Below, piece after piece: positions 1 to 8,956 of a stretch of DNA of 64,000 nt. The notes beneath the pieces are model-generated. The model did no database searches and was not told the origin of the DNA. It saw only the letters and a program-made list of their open reading frames with translations. Origin of the DNA: a virus; the IMG/VR virus record IMGVR_UViG_3300049194_000052, positions 9,093 to 73,092 of that record; one strand, written 5' to 3'. Each line of letters starts with the position of its first letter. Within the stretch, counting starts at the first letter, position 1. A program made the position numbers and the translations under genes.

Positions 1-1
1 G

Positions 2-2653
2 ATCCTGTCCGGCACCGCGAGCCTCACGGCAGATACGCCGCTGAGCTTGCCTCTCACGCTGGGCGCGGCTAACGCGGGGTCTGCGCTGACCCTTGCGGCG
101 CTCAAGGCAACAGGCGTAGTGGCCAGCATCGACTGCGGTGTTTTCGGTACGGCGTCGTGGGCCGATACGGACTGGGACGCACCTTTCCAGTCCTGGGTCA
201 GCGGACCGGTCATGTCGTCGTGGGCCTACCGCAAGCCAGTGGGCAGTGACGCGCACTTGGTTGCCTGGCTGGAAGTGCGCCTTTACACCAGCGGCGCGGT
301 CGAGGTGCTGCCCTGGATCGAGAACGGCTTCATCAACGTCGCCGGCCCGACCAACAAGTCCGCGACCTACACGTTCACGCTGGCCGGCACGCAGCGCTTC
401 ACGGGCGCGATCGACCTCAAGCACCACCAGCGCACGGTCCTGATCAACGGCACGCACCTGAGCTATTGGTCGGGTACCGATCCGCAGATCACACCGCTGC
501 ACGACACGGTGTACCTGCAGAAGACCGAGCTGGTGCCGACGTACAGCGCGACCCCGGCCTCTACGCTGCCCGACGACCGATACTCGATTGCAGGCTTTGC
601 CCCGCTGCAGCAGGGGGACTTTAAGTACGGCGCGGGGACGTCGGGCTACGGTGGCGTCGACGACATGGCCGACACCGGCTACGGCCGGCCCATCGGCCTC
701 ATGCCGGAGTGGGAAGTCCTGCACCTGACCTGCCGGACCAAGAACACCTACAACCTGGTCATCCGCAACGGCTACAGCGTCGGCCGGTATGGCATCCACT
801 ACCGCGACGAGACGACGAACCGGCCGCTTCGTTTCAGCGACTACCCGACGCTGACGATTCGTGATGGACAGGCGTTCAACCACGCCGGCTCCAGCACCAC
901 GAACAGCCGCACTCCGGTCATCAGTGGTGGCAACCCGCCGACCTGGGATACGGCGCACAGCCCTTCGGTCGGCCTGCTGGCCTACCTGCTCACGGGCCGC
1001 TGGTACCACATGGAGGAAGCGCAGTTCGCGGCCACCGCGAACTACCTGGGCGATGGCTCCGGCAACGAGCTGCGCGAGGGGAGCAAGGGCATCGTTAAGC
1101 CGTGCGTCGGCGCCTGGCAGATGCGGGATGCAGCGTGGATGTGGCGTGCACTTGTCCAGGCCATGGTCGTCACGCCGGACAGCGACACGGCGCTGAAAAC
1201 TGAGTTCAAGAACTCGATCCAGGCCAACATCGACCACTTCCACGGCCGGTATGTGGCTCAGGCCAACAACCCGTTCGGCATCATCGAGAACGGCTCGGGC
1301 TACCCGTACTACTGCAACGTCCCCATCTGGCAGCAGGACTTCGTCACGGCGTCGTTCGGCTACTCGCTGGCCCAGAACTTCGCGCTGGACGCTGGCTACA
1401 GCACGAAGCTGAATTCGTTCTTCCAGTGGACCGCCAAGAGCATCACGGGCCGCCTGGCCACGTTCGCCGAAAGCGGCTGGCCCTACGTCAACGCTGCCGT
1501 TTATCTCCTGAACATCAGCAGCACGGGTGCTCCCAACTGGGCGGCCGGCACCGGCCCATGGCATGCCGACTGGGCGACGGTCTACGCCAACCAGTCATTC
1601 GTCACCAGCAGCTTTGGCTACGACGTGAGCTGGTTCGGCACAACGGACGGCACGCTCCACGGCGAAATCATGCCGGGTGCCAACAGCCAGTGGGGCAATG
1701 CGATGACCGCACTTGCCTACGCGGTCCGGCACAACGTGGCAGGGGCAGCAACAGGCCTGGCCCGCATCCAAGCAGCGTCCAACTATTCGGCGCTCTCAAC
1801 CCAGTTCAACACCCTCCCGGTCTGGTCTGTCGCGCCGGCCTCCGTATCGACATCAATCCCCGTAGAAGGGACACCTGGCATGGGCAAATCTCTCCTCATC
1901 GACACCAGCGACGACAACGGCGCTGGCGGTGTGACCATCGGCGACACCGGCCTGGGTGTGTTGGGCGCAACGGTGCGAGCGAACACCGCCACCGGCACGC
2001 ACGGCCAAGGCCTTGGCTACAACGACTGGGACTCTTCGGCGGACGACGACAAGGAGTTCTGGTTCCAGCTCGAAACACCACCGAGCGCCGGCAAGCTGAC
2101 CATCTTCGACGACGGTTCGATCGCTTGGGACCCGCAAGGCGCTGTGGCGGGCAGCTACAACTTCACCTATCGGCTTCGCATCGACGGTGTCAGTCAAGGC
2201 GTCACCACAGCGACGATCCTGTACGGCGCCTCCGCGGCCACAGTGGCTGCAACCGGCATCGCAAGCTCGGAGGCTTTCGGCAGCGCCAACGTGTTGGCCA
2301 CAGGGCCGACAGGCATCCTGCCAGCTGGCATCCCGAGCGCTGAAGCCTTTGGCTCCGTGGTCGTTCAGACGACCCTGTCGAACACCGCCAACGTCCTTGC
2401 CGTGGGCATTGAGTCGATGGAGGCATTCGGCACCGCCAGCCTGTCGACCACCGGCGATGGCGCTTCATCGGACTCCGCGCTCACCGCGACCGAGCAACGC
2501 CTGATGTACGGCTGGGTCCGTGATCTGGCCATGATCAACGGATTGGTTGCTGGCGTCCCCGTCACCGTGCAACGGAACAAGCGCCGGGTTGGCAGCATCG
2601 AGCAGGACATCAGCGGCTCGGGCACATCCACTGTGACGGTGACCCGTGTTTGA
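2..2653 (+). CDS. Large putative virion-associated protein (5'-truncated): N-terminal aromatic-rich putative alpha/alpha-barrel carbohydrate-active-like domain, Ig-like region, three GIxSxEAFG repeats, conserved-looking C-terminal tail
   Basis: Frame is open from base 2 (ILSGTASLTAD...), so the TTG at 47 is not the true start. Lies directly upstream of the head genes. The fold assignment is recollection of similar Burkholderiales hypothetical proteins, not a search result. Confidence 0.6.
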   Translation: MLSGTASLTADTPLSLPLTLGAANAGSALTLAALKATGVVASIDCGVFGTASWADTDWDAPFQSWVSGPVMSSWAYRKPVGSDAHLVAWLEVRLYTSGAVEVLPWIENGFINVAGPTNKSATYTFTLAGTQRFTGAIDLKHHQRTVLINGTHLSYWSGTDPQITPLHDTVYLQKTELVPTYSATPASTLPDDRYSIAGFAPLQQGDFKYGAGTSGYGGVDDMADTGYGRPIGLMPEWEVLHLTCRTKNTYNLVIRNGYSVGRYGIHYRDETTNRPLRFSDYPTLTIRDGQAFNHAGSSTTNSRTPVISGGNPPTWDTAHSPSVGLLAYLLTGRWYHMEEAQFAATANYLGDGSGNELREGSKGIVKPCVGAWQMRDAAWMWRALVQAMVVTPDSDTALKTEFKNSIQANIDHFHGRYVAQANNPFGIIENGSGYPYYCNVPIWQQDFVTASFGYSLAQNFALDAGYSTKLNSFFQWTAKSITGRLATFAESGWPYVNAAVYLLNISSTGAPNWAAGTGPWHADWATVYANQSFVTSSFGYDVSWFGTTDGTLHGEIMPGANSQWGNAMTALAYAVRHNVAGAATGLARIQAASNYSALSTQFNTLPVWSVAPASVSTSIPVEGTPGMGKSLLIDTSDDNGAGGVTIGDTGLGVLGATVRANTATGTHGQGLGYNDWDSSADDDKEFWFQLETPPSAGKLTIFDDGSIAWDPQGAVAGSYNFTYRLRIDGVSQGVTTATILYGASAATVAATGIASSEAFGSANVLATGPTGILPAGIPSAEAFGSVVVQTTLSNTANVLAVGIESMEAFGTASLSTTGDGASSDSALTATEQRLMYGWVRDLAMINGLVAGVPVTVQRNKRRVGSIEQDISGSGTSTVTVTRV

Positions 2654-2834
2654 CCTCGTCGCTTTCGCGCTCCACGGCGCCTCATCTGGCCCGTCGGTCA
2701 TGGCCAAGGACGGTGTGACCCTCACGTCCGACACGACGGTTGGTCGCATCGTCACCGTGTTCGCCGATCCGCGCCAGCCGGTGGTGATCGCGGACGCGCT
2801 CCCGCCAACTCGCTTCTCTGAAGGCAATCTGTGA
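2646..2834 (+). CDS. Small hypothetical protein, probably structural
   Basis: Overlaps both neighbours by 8 and 4 nt (translational coupling). Confidence 0.5.
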   Translation: MFDLVAFALHGASSGPSVMAKDGVTLTSDTTVGRIVTVFADPRQPVVIADALPPTRFSEGNL

Positions 2835-3139
2835 CGACACGCACCCCCAAGCGCCTCAACGAGAAGTACGCCGCCGAGTCGTACCTGCTCACCGTGGACT
2901 ACTCGCCAGCACTACTTGGCACCGACCGCCTTGACGCTGTCGACGTCTCGATTGAGTGCATCGAAGGTGACGACAGCTTCTCTGAGCTGGTGCTGCCGGA
3001 CGAGTCCACTTTCAACCGCCTCACGGCGTCGCAGCGTGTTGCTGCGGGCCAGGCCGGTTGCACCTATCGAATCACCTTCAACGCCCAGACCCTCTACGGC
3101 GAGACCCACCTGGTCGTCGTGGATCTGCCCGTGATCTAA
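2831..3139 (+). CDS. Putative virion structural / fibre adaptor protein
   Basis: K..E...Y.vDy...L ... aG.aG..Y.i......G.. pattern typical of small beta-rich phage adaptor proteins; GTGA coupling. Confidence 0.55.
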   Translation: MTTRTPKRLNEKYAAESYLLTVDYSPALLGTDRLDAVDVSIECIEGDDSFSELVLPDESTFNRLTASQRVAAGQAGCTYRITFNAQTLYGETHLVVVDLPVI

Positions 3140-3150
3140 CCGAGGCCGAC

Positions 3151-4017
3151 ATGGACCCCACCTTGACCACCCCGCCGCAAATGCCCCTCCCGGAACCTCG
3201 CATGGTCATGCCCGACGAAATCTGGGCCGGTACCGAGCACAGCTTGATGCAGGCGGTATCCGCCATGCAGAACGTCATGGCGCTCGGCGCCACCTACTCG
3301 CAGGTCAAGCCTCGCGAGGAGGAGCGGCCGTACCTGCTCAGCACGCTTGGTTCAGTCGGCGTGATCCGCATCGCCGGCCCGCTGGTGAACAACGACTCCG
3401 CGTACAACCGCTACTACAACATCACGTCCTATGCCGACATCCGGCGGGCGGCAATCTTTGCCGCCCAGGACAGCTCGATCAAGGTGGTCCTGCTGGACAT
3501 CAACTCGGGCGGCGGCATGGTCAGTGGCATCAGTGACACCGCCAACCTGCTTGCCACGATCAACAAGGACCTCAAGCCGGTGGTCGCTTTCAGCGACGGC
3601 GGCATGCTCTCGGCGGCCTACTGGACTGGCGCAACGGCTCGCAAGATCTACGCTTCGAACACCGCGAACCTTGGCTCCGTCGGCGTCATCACGACGCACA
3701 TCGAGATGTCCAAGATGCTGGCAGACGCGGGTGTTGGCGTGACCGTCCTGCGGGCCGGCGAGTTCAAGGCCTTGGCCTCGAACGTCGAGCCCCTGTCTGA
3801 CCCCGCTCGCGCCCAGATCATGGCGCAGCTGGAGGGCACCTACAAAGTCTTCATCGAGCACGTGGCCGCCGCTCGCGGCATGTCGGTCGAAGCGGCCGAC
3901 AAGTCGATCGGCCAGGGCCGGGTCTTCCTTGGCCAAGCAGCCGTCGCCGCCGGTGCTGCAGACGCGATCACTTCTTTCGACGACCTGGTCGGAACTCTCC
4001 AAGCGTTGTTTCCTTGA
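3151..4017 (+). CDS. Prohead maturation protease, S49 (SppA/ClpP-like) family
   Basis: LDINSGGG, SAAYW and GSVGV motifs; RBS GAGG before ATG 3151 (shorter than the ORF-track start at 3058). Confidence 0.9.
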   Translation: MDPTLTTPPQMPLPEPRMVMPDEIWAGTEHSLMQAVSAMQNVMALGATYSQVKPREEERPYLLSTLGSVGVIRIAGPLVNNDSAYNRYYNITSYADIRRAAIFAAQDSSIKVVLLDINSGGGMVSGISDTANLLATINKDLKPVVAFSDGGMLSAAYWTGATARKIYASNTANLGSVGVITTHIEMSKMLADAGVGVTVLRAGEFKALASNVEPLSDPARAQIMAQLEGTYKVFIEHVAAARGMSVEAADKSIGQGRVFLGQAAVAAGAADAITSFDDLVGTLQALFP

Positions 4018-4042
4018 CAGCGTGAACTTCCTAAATCACAAT
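4014..4042 (+). promoter_or_regulatory. Sigma70-like promoter upstream of the scaffold/capsid genes
   Basis: TTGACA(4014-4019)-N17-CACAAT(4037-4042) in an AT-rich gap. Confidence 0.5.
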
Positions 4043-4069
4043 TCTGTCAATCCGTAAAGGGCTATAGAC

Positions 4070-4651
4070 ATGTCGAAAACCGCACTGACCCAAGCTGAGA
4101 TTGCCGCACTGGCCGCCTCCGCCGGTATCACGCCCCCTGCCGCCGCAGCCACGGGCACCGAAGTGACAAAAGAAGAAAAAGAGACGCAGGAGGCGGCTGA
4201 TGCCGCCGCTGCCGCAGCAGCCGCCACGGCCGCTGCGGAGGCCAGCGCAGCAGCCTCTGCCACCAAGCCCGCCGCAACGCCGTCGGCTCTCGAAGTTCTG
4301 GGCAGCCAGCTCGCCGCGAGCGCCCAGACCCTCGCTCAAACCCAGTTGGAACTGACGCAGGCGAATGCCCGTGCCGATGCACTGCAGAAGACCGTCGACG
4401 GCCTGTCCGCTGTCGTGTCGATGTCGGTCTCGACCATGCAGGTCGCGCTCGGCGCCAGCGCCCCCGACCTGAGCAAGTTGAGCGGCGACCAGCTGCTCGC
4501 CGAGCACGCCACCACCGCCGAGAAGTTCAAGTCGACCTTCAAGGTTGGCGGCGTCGCAGCCGTCTCGAAGGGCGGCGACGTCCAAGACAAGCCGGTCGTC
4601 GACGCGAACCACCTGGCTCGCGTCAACGCGACCCGTTTCAACACCAAGTAA
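4070..4651 (+). CDS. Putative scaffolding protein
   Basis: Ala-rich low-complexity N-terminus plus coiled coil; sits between the protease and the decoration/capsid genes. Confidence 0.6.
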   Translation: MSKTALTQAEIAALAASAGITPPAAAATGTEVTKEEKETQEAADAAAAAAAATAAAEASAAASATKPAATPSALEVLGSQLAASAQTLAQTQLELTQANARADALQKTVDGLSAVVSMSVSTMQVALGASAPDLSKLSGDQLLAEHATTAEKFKSTFKVGGVAAVSKGGDVQDKPVVDANHLARVNATRFNTK

Positions 4652-4660
4652 GGAGCCGCA

Positions 4661-5146
4661 ATGCCCAAGTTCATCATGACGGAGCTGGTTGACGCCCGCG
4701 ACAACGTCTTCACCTCCCGACTGGGCGCCGGCACCGGCGCTGCCAATCAGCTGACGGACAAGGAGGTCGGCAAGTTCGTCAAGCAGGTGGCCGAGAGCCG
4801 CTACGACCTGTGCGCCGTTGGCGACGAGATCCAGGGCGTGATCAGCTCGGTCGAGGCCGCCACCCAGGACAACTACACGATCGGCTCCGTGCGCAGCACC
4901 GGCCGCAAGTCCGTCACGTTCGATGGTCTGCAGGCAACCCCCGGCACCGGCGTGGTCGCGATCGGCGACTTCGTGGTCTGCGGCACCCCCGTGGCCAAGG
5001 ACACCGCCTTGGCATTCCCCGCGACGGCCAAGGTCTGCAAGGCCACCGCCGCACCCAATGCCCTCGTCTACCTGTGGAAGGTGGTCTCGCTGGGCAGCGC
5101 AGGCACCGGCGCCGTCGGCACCACCGGCCTGATCGAACGCGTCTGA
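4661..5146 (+). CDS. Head decoration (cement) protein
   Basis: 161 aa, Gly/Ala/Thr beta-rich, immediately upstream of the major capsid gene; strong AAGGAG RBS. Confidence 0.6.
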   Translation: MPKFIMTELVDARDNVFTSRLGAGTGAANQLTDKEVGKFVKQVAESRYDLCAVGDEIQGVISSVEAATQDNYTIGSVRSTGRKSVTFDGLQATPGTGVVAIGDFVVCGTPVAKDTALAFPATAKVCKATAAPNALVYLWKVVSLGSAGTGAVGTTGLIERV

Positions 5147-5176
5147 CCAACCCGAAACTCAAGGAGAACCTCAACC

Positions 5177-6340
5177 ATGTCCGCTTTTCTCGACGCTTCG
5201 GGTAACGTCCAACAGCTCCCCATCACGGTGGAGATGTACCGCGCCGCGGCCGACGCCAACATGACGCTGCCGCAGTTCATCAACGCGCAGCACCCCACCG
5301 ACCACGAGCGCTACGGCTCCGCCTTCAACCAGATCCTGGCCAGCGAAGGCATCTTCGTGCGCCCGAACCGCGAGCTTGGCATCCGCGCCACCACGATGGA
5401 CGAGATCCTGAATGGCAAGCGCGGCGTGCAGGCGGCGTCGGTGGTCAAGGACGCCGTCCCGACCAGCCGCATCCTGTTCCCGGCCGTCACGCTGCAGGCC
5501 GTGGAGGACAAGCTCGTCGCCAACTTGACCATGACCGCCAACGCGTTCGATGAGCTGGTGGGCTACGAAGAGTCCATCAACCAAGAGCGCTACGAGCAGC
5601 CGGTCATCAACTTCGACAAGCCGGAAGCCGGTCGCTCGCAAGGTATCGGTCAGCTGGCCCAGCCTGCGTCGATGATGACCATCACGGTCAGCGACAAGGC
5701 CTACCGCATCCCGACCTGGTCGCTGGGTATGGAGATCTCGGACCAGGCACTGAAGGCCTCGACCCTGGACTTCGTCGCCATGTCGCTGGCCCGCCAGGCT
5801 GCAATCGAACGCAATGAGCGTGCTCAGAACTATGTCCTCGCGCTGCTGAACGGCGACGTGGACAACGGCGAGGCTGCCCTGGCCCTGGACAACTCCACCA
5901 GCTTCGACGCCGCTGCCACTGGCGGTGTCATGACCCACGAAGCGTGGATGAAGTACCTGATGAAAAACGGCACGAAGCGCACCATCACGCACATCGTGAC
6001 CGACATCAACATGGCGCTCAAGGTCGAGAAGCGCACGGGCAAGCCGGTGATCACGCAGGACGACTCGAACACGTCCCGCATCGACACCCAGTTCGCGATC
6101 ATGAACCCGACGTGGGCCAAGAACCCCAAGGTGTTCCTGGTGGACCAGTCCAGCTGGCCGGCCAACACCATGATGGGTCTGGACAAGAACTGGGCGATCC
6201 GTCGCGTGCGCAACCTGAGCGCCGAGTACAACGCGATCGAAGCCTACGTGATGCGTCGTTCGACGGCCTTGCGCTTCGACTTCGGCGAGCACGTGAACCG
6301 CATGTACCCCGAAGCCTTCGCCGGCTACTTCCAGCTGTAA
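5177..6340 (+). CDS. Major capsid protein (HK97 fold)
   Basis: 387 aa, highly biased codons, AAGGAG RBS, canonical position, followed by a hairpin. Confidence 0.85.
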   Translation: MSAFLDASGNVQQLPITVEMYRAAADANMTLPQFINAQHPTDHERYGSAFNQILASEGIFVRPNRELGIRATTMDEILNGKRGVQAASVVKDAVPTSRILFPAVTLQAVEDKLVANLTMTANAFDELVGYEESINQERYEQPVINFDKPEAGRSQGIGQLAQPASMMTITVSDKAYRIPTWSLGMEISDQALKASTLDFVAMSLARQAAIERNERAQNYVLALLNGDVDNGEAALALDNSTSFDAAATGGVMTHEAWMKYLMKNGTKRTITHIVTDINMALKVEKRTGKPVITQDDSNTSRIDTQFAIMNPTWAKNPKVFLVDQSSWPANTMMGLDKNWAIRRVRNLSAEYNAIEAYVMRRSTALRFDFGEHVNRMYPEAFAGYFQL

Positions 6341-6346
6341 ACCAAA

Positions 6347-6370
6347 GGGGCGCCCAGCGCCCCGATTCTT
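6347..6370 (+). terminator. Stem-loop after the capsid gene
   Basis: GGGGCGC-CCA-GCGCCCC followed by GATTCTT (weak U-tract). Confidence 0.5.
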
Positions 6371-6380
6371 CGAGGACCCC

Positions 6381-6647
6381 ATGAGCGATACCAAGACCGA
6401 AAACAAGCCGGCCGAGCCCAAGGCAGCCCCAGCCGCCAAGGCGAGCACCGAAGGCAAGACGCCGTTCGAGGCAGCTGGCCTGGTGCGTGGCAAGAACTAC
6501 CGCTTCGTCGCCGTGCACGGTGACATTTGCCACTACGAGAACCGCACGCGCTTCGCGACGGACGACTCGGTGAAGCACGAGGCGGATGCCTGGGTCGAAA
6601 TCCAGTTCAACGCCGGCAAGCTGCGCCTGGAAGCGGACGAGGAGTAA
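6381..6647 (+). CDS. Hypothetical head-module protein
   Basis: GAGGA RBS; phage-like codon usage. Confidence 0.7.
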   Translation: MSDTKTENKPAEPKAAPAAKASTEGKTPFEAAGLVRGKNYRFVAVHGDICHYENRTRFATDDSVKHEADAWVEIQFNAGKLRLEADEE

Positions 6648-6653
6648 CCCCAG

Positions 6654-7145
6654 GTGGCCCTGAGTGAGTTCACGACTTTCGGGGATGTGCGGGCCTCGCT
6701 CGGTGTCACGAGTGACGAGCTTGACGACGCCACACTCTCCCTGCGTCTGTATGACTTCTCGCTCAGGGCTGACCTGGACTCCCTCAGCCTGGACCTGATC
6801 CCGACGTTCCGCAGCCTCGCCGAACTCACCGACCCCAGTGAGGACGAGATCCGCTTCCTGGAGATGGTCCAGCTGTTCGCCACCTACTCAGTGGCGCACC
6901 AGCTCATTTCGTCCTTGCCGATGTTCGCCTTCAAGGAGGTGAGCGACGGCAAGGCGAGCGATGTTCGATTCAGCCAAGACCCGTACAAGGCCACGATCGA
7001 GAAGGTCGAGGCGCTTTACGGCATGTACCGGACGCAGATCGTTGAGCGGCTCGCCGCCGTCAACGGCGTCCCGGTCACCACCGCGCCCGTTCGCGTTTAC
7101 CTGGCGGTCTCAAGCCCTGCGCGAGACCCCGTGACAGGCACCTGA
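6654..7145 (+). CDS. Putative head-tail adaptor
   Basis: Helical 163-aa protein in the usual position after the capsid gene. Confidence 0.55.
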   Translation: MALSEFTTFGDVRASLGVTSDELDDATLSLRLYDFSLRADLDSLSLDLIPTFRSLAELTDPSEDEIRFLEMVQLFATYSVAHQLISSLPMFAFKEVSDGKASDVRFSQDPYKATIEKVEALYGMYRTQIVERLAAVNGVPVTTAPVRVYLAVSSPARDPVTGT

Positions 7146-7978
7146 TGCGCGTCAAGACTGCCGCCCGGCGATTCGATCGCACCCACTGCAGAGACGCCTA
7201 CTCGGGCGTCCTGTGTTTCATGGGACAGCTTGGTCTGTACGACGACAGCCATAGGGACAGCGAGTCGACCGAGCGACGCACGTTGTCGACGGCCCCTGAA
7301 TCCGTCGTCCCTGCGCGTCGGGTTGTGCTGGCCGCAGGCGTCCGCTTCATCATCGGACACGGCTTCCCCGACACCTACCGTGGCGAGGTTGTGCGCATGG
7401 GCTACGTCGCGCACGAGGCCACGCACCTGGCGGAGGTCCGCACCTTGGGACAGGCTTGCAGGGGGGAGGGCGGCCTGCTGCTCTGGGGAGGCCGTGCTTG
7501 GGTCAAGAATTCAGCCGACGAACGTGCCAGCTCCAACTTGACGCAGCAGCAGAACCTGCACTTCGCCGTAGGCGAGCCGCTGGCGCCGCGCATGGTGATC
7601 GGCATGGGGAGCGACACCTTCATCGTCCGCGACGTCCGCGACGGCCCCGCTGGCACGCTCATCGCGTTCTCGGACCGGCTGCAGGCCGACTGCATCGAAC
7701 TTGGTCAGATCACCACGGGCACGTGGGACCCCATCAACGAGGTGCACGGCGCACCTCACGAAGTTCGCGTGCTGAAGGTGCGTTGGCAGTCCCTCTACGA
7801 CTACCGCAGCGCGACGGCAGACAAGCTGGCCGACGCGGATCTGCAGTTCGTGGTGGACAAGGTCGCCCACACCGCTCAGCCCGGCCAGGACATCACGCTG
7901 GCAGCCGGCGTGTGGCAGATCAAGGCTGTGGAGAGCCTGGGAGACGTCTGGCTTTGCAGCGCCTCGCGCCATGCTTGA
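7145..7978 (+). CDS. Putative head closure / neck protein
   Basis: Synteny; beta-rich; TGATG coupling. Confidence 0.5.
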   Translation: MRVKTAARRFDRTHCRDAYSGVLCFMGQLGLYDDSHRDSESTERRTLSTAPESVVPARRVVLAAGVRFIIGHGFPDTYRGEVVRMGYVAHEATHLAEVRTLGQACRGEGGLLLWGGRAWVKNSADERASSNLTQQQNLHFAVGEPLAPRMVIGMGSDTFIVRDVRDGPAGTLIAFSDRLQADCIELGQITTGTWDPINEVHGAPHEVRVLKVRWQSLYDYRSATADKLADADLQFVVDKVAHTAQPGQDITLAAGVWQIKAVESLGDVWLCSASRHA

Positions 7979-8486
7979 ATTCGACCTGAATTGGGACAAC
8001 CTCGACCAGGCCTTTGAAGCTCTCACGGTCGAGTGCGAGAAGGTGGTGCGTGGCATCACCGTCGAGGCATGGAATGCAGTGCTGAAGCAAACGCCGCAGT
8101 TCTACGGCCGGGCGGTGGCGAGCTGGACCTACACCATTGGCAGTCCGGTGTTCATCGACCGCTCAGGTGAGACGGAAGACACAGCAGAGTTCGGCAACAT
8201 GCCGATGTCCAAGGGGAACCCGACACCCATCGGCGTCGCCAACTCCATGAACTACGGCGCGAGCGATCGCTTCAGGCTTGGCGACACCGTCTGGTTTGCC
8301 AACGGCGTCGACCACGGTGAGGGACCCTATGCGGGCGGCCTGGAGAGTGGAAGTATCAAGCTGCGCGCTGGCAACCGCCCAGGCCAGATGGTGTCTCGTG
8401 CACTGGACCTGGTGCAGTCGCGCTACGGCCAGGACGTCAGCGTCTCCGCAGCACACCGATTGAAGGGGCTTCGCCTTGGATTCTGA
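7971..8486 (+). CDS. Putative tail completion protein (HK97 gp10-like)
   Basis: TPQFYGRAVASW resembles the TPVDTGRARxNW motif; synteny. Confidence 0.6.
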   Translation: MLEFDLNWDNLDQAFEALTVECEKVVRGITVEAWNAVLKQTPQFYGRAVASWTYTIGSPVFIDRSGETEDTAEFGNMPMSKGNPTPIGVANSMNYGASDRFRLGDTVWFANGVDHGEGPYAGGLESGSIKLRAGNRPGQMVSRALDLVQSRYGQDVSVSAAHRLKGLRLGF

Positions 8487-8889
8487 CTTCTATACCGACA
8501 TCAAGACGGCCCTGCTCAGCGCCGTCTACCCGGCACACGTCACTGAGTTCCCCAACGTGCCTGTCGTGATCGACAACGGGCCTTTCGATCGCAACAACGC
8601 GCCGGAGGTCTGGGCGGAGCTGGAGATCAAGTTCCATGACAGCGACCAGGTCGGCCCCTCAGCCAACCCGCGCACGCGGCAGCGCGGCTTCGTGTACCTC
8701 AGCGTCTACTCTCGCGAGGGAACCGGCAACAAGGTTGGTCTCCGGGTGCTCGGGTGGTTCGCTCAGCAGCTGGGCTACTACAGGTCAGCGCCAGTGCAGT
8801 GCAACGAGCCGAGTGCGGTGCCAGACCCGGCCGTCCGGGGCTGGCATATCGACAGCCTCAAGGTCCCATTCTTCGCAGACAGTCAGTAG
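8476..8889 (+). CDS. Putative tail terminator protein
   Basis: 137 aa directly before the tail tube; V.iDN..F...W..l.i.......G...R.RG pattern. Confidence 0.6.
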   Translation: MDSDFYTDIKTALLSAVYPAHVTEFPNVPVVIDNGPFDRNNAPEVWAELEIKFHDSDQVGPSANPRTRQRGFVYLSVYSREGTGNKVGLRVLGWFAQQLGYYRSAPVQCNEPSAVPDPAVRGWHIDSLKVPFFADSQ

Positions 8890-8956
8890 CACGCTTGGCG
8901 TGCCGCCCGTCTGCGGTCTACAATCCGATTGACAGATTTGCAAAAAAGGAATTGCC

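Noticed and set aside
4190-4270. GCC/GCA-rich run as a DNA repeat element
   Set aside because: It simply encodes the poly-Ala linker of the scaffold protein.
3151-4651. Read-through fusion of protease and scaffold (lambda C/Nu3-like)
   Set aside because: The two ORFs are in different frames and are separated by a promoter-like AT-rich gap.
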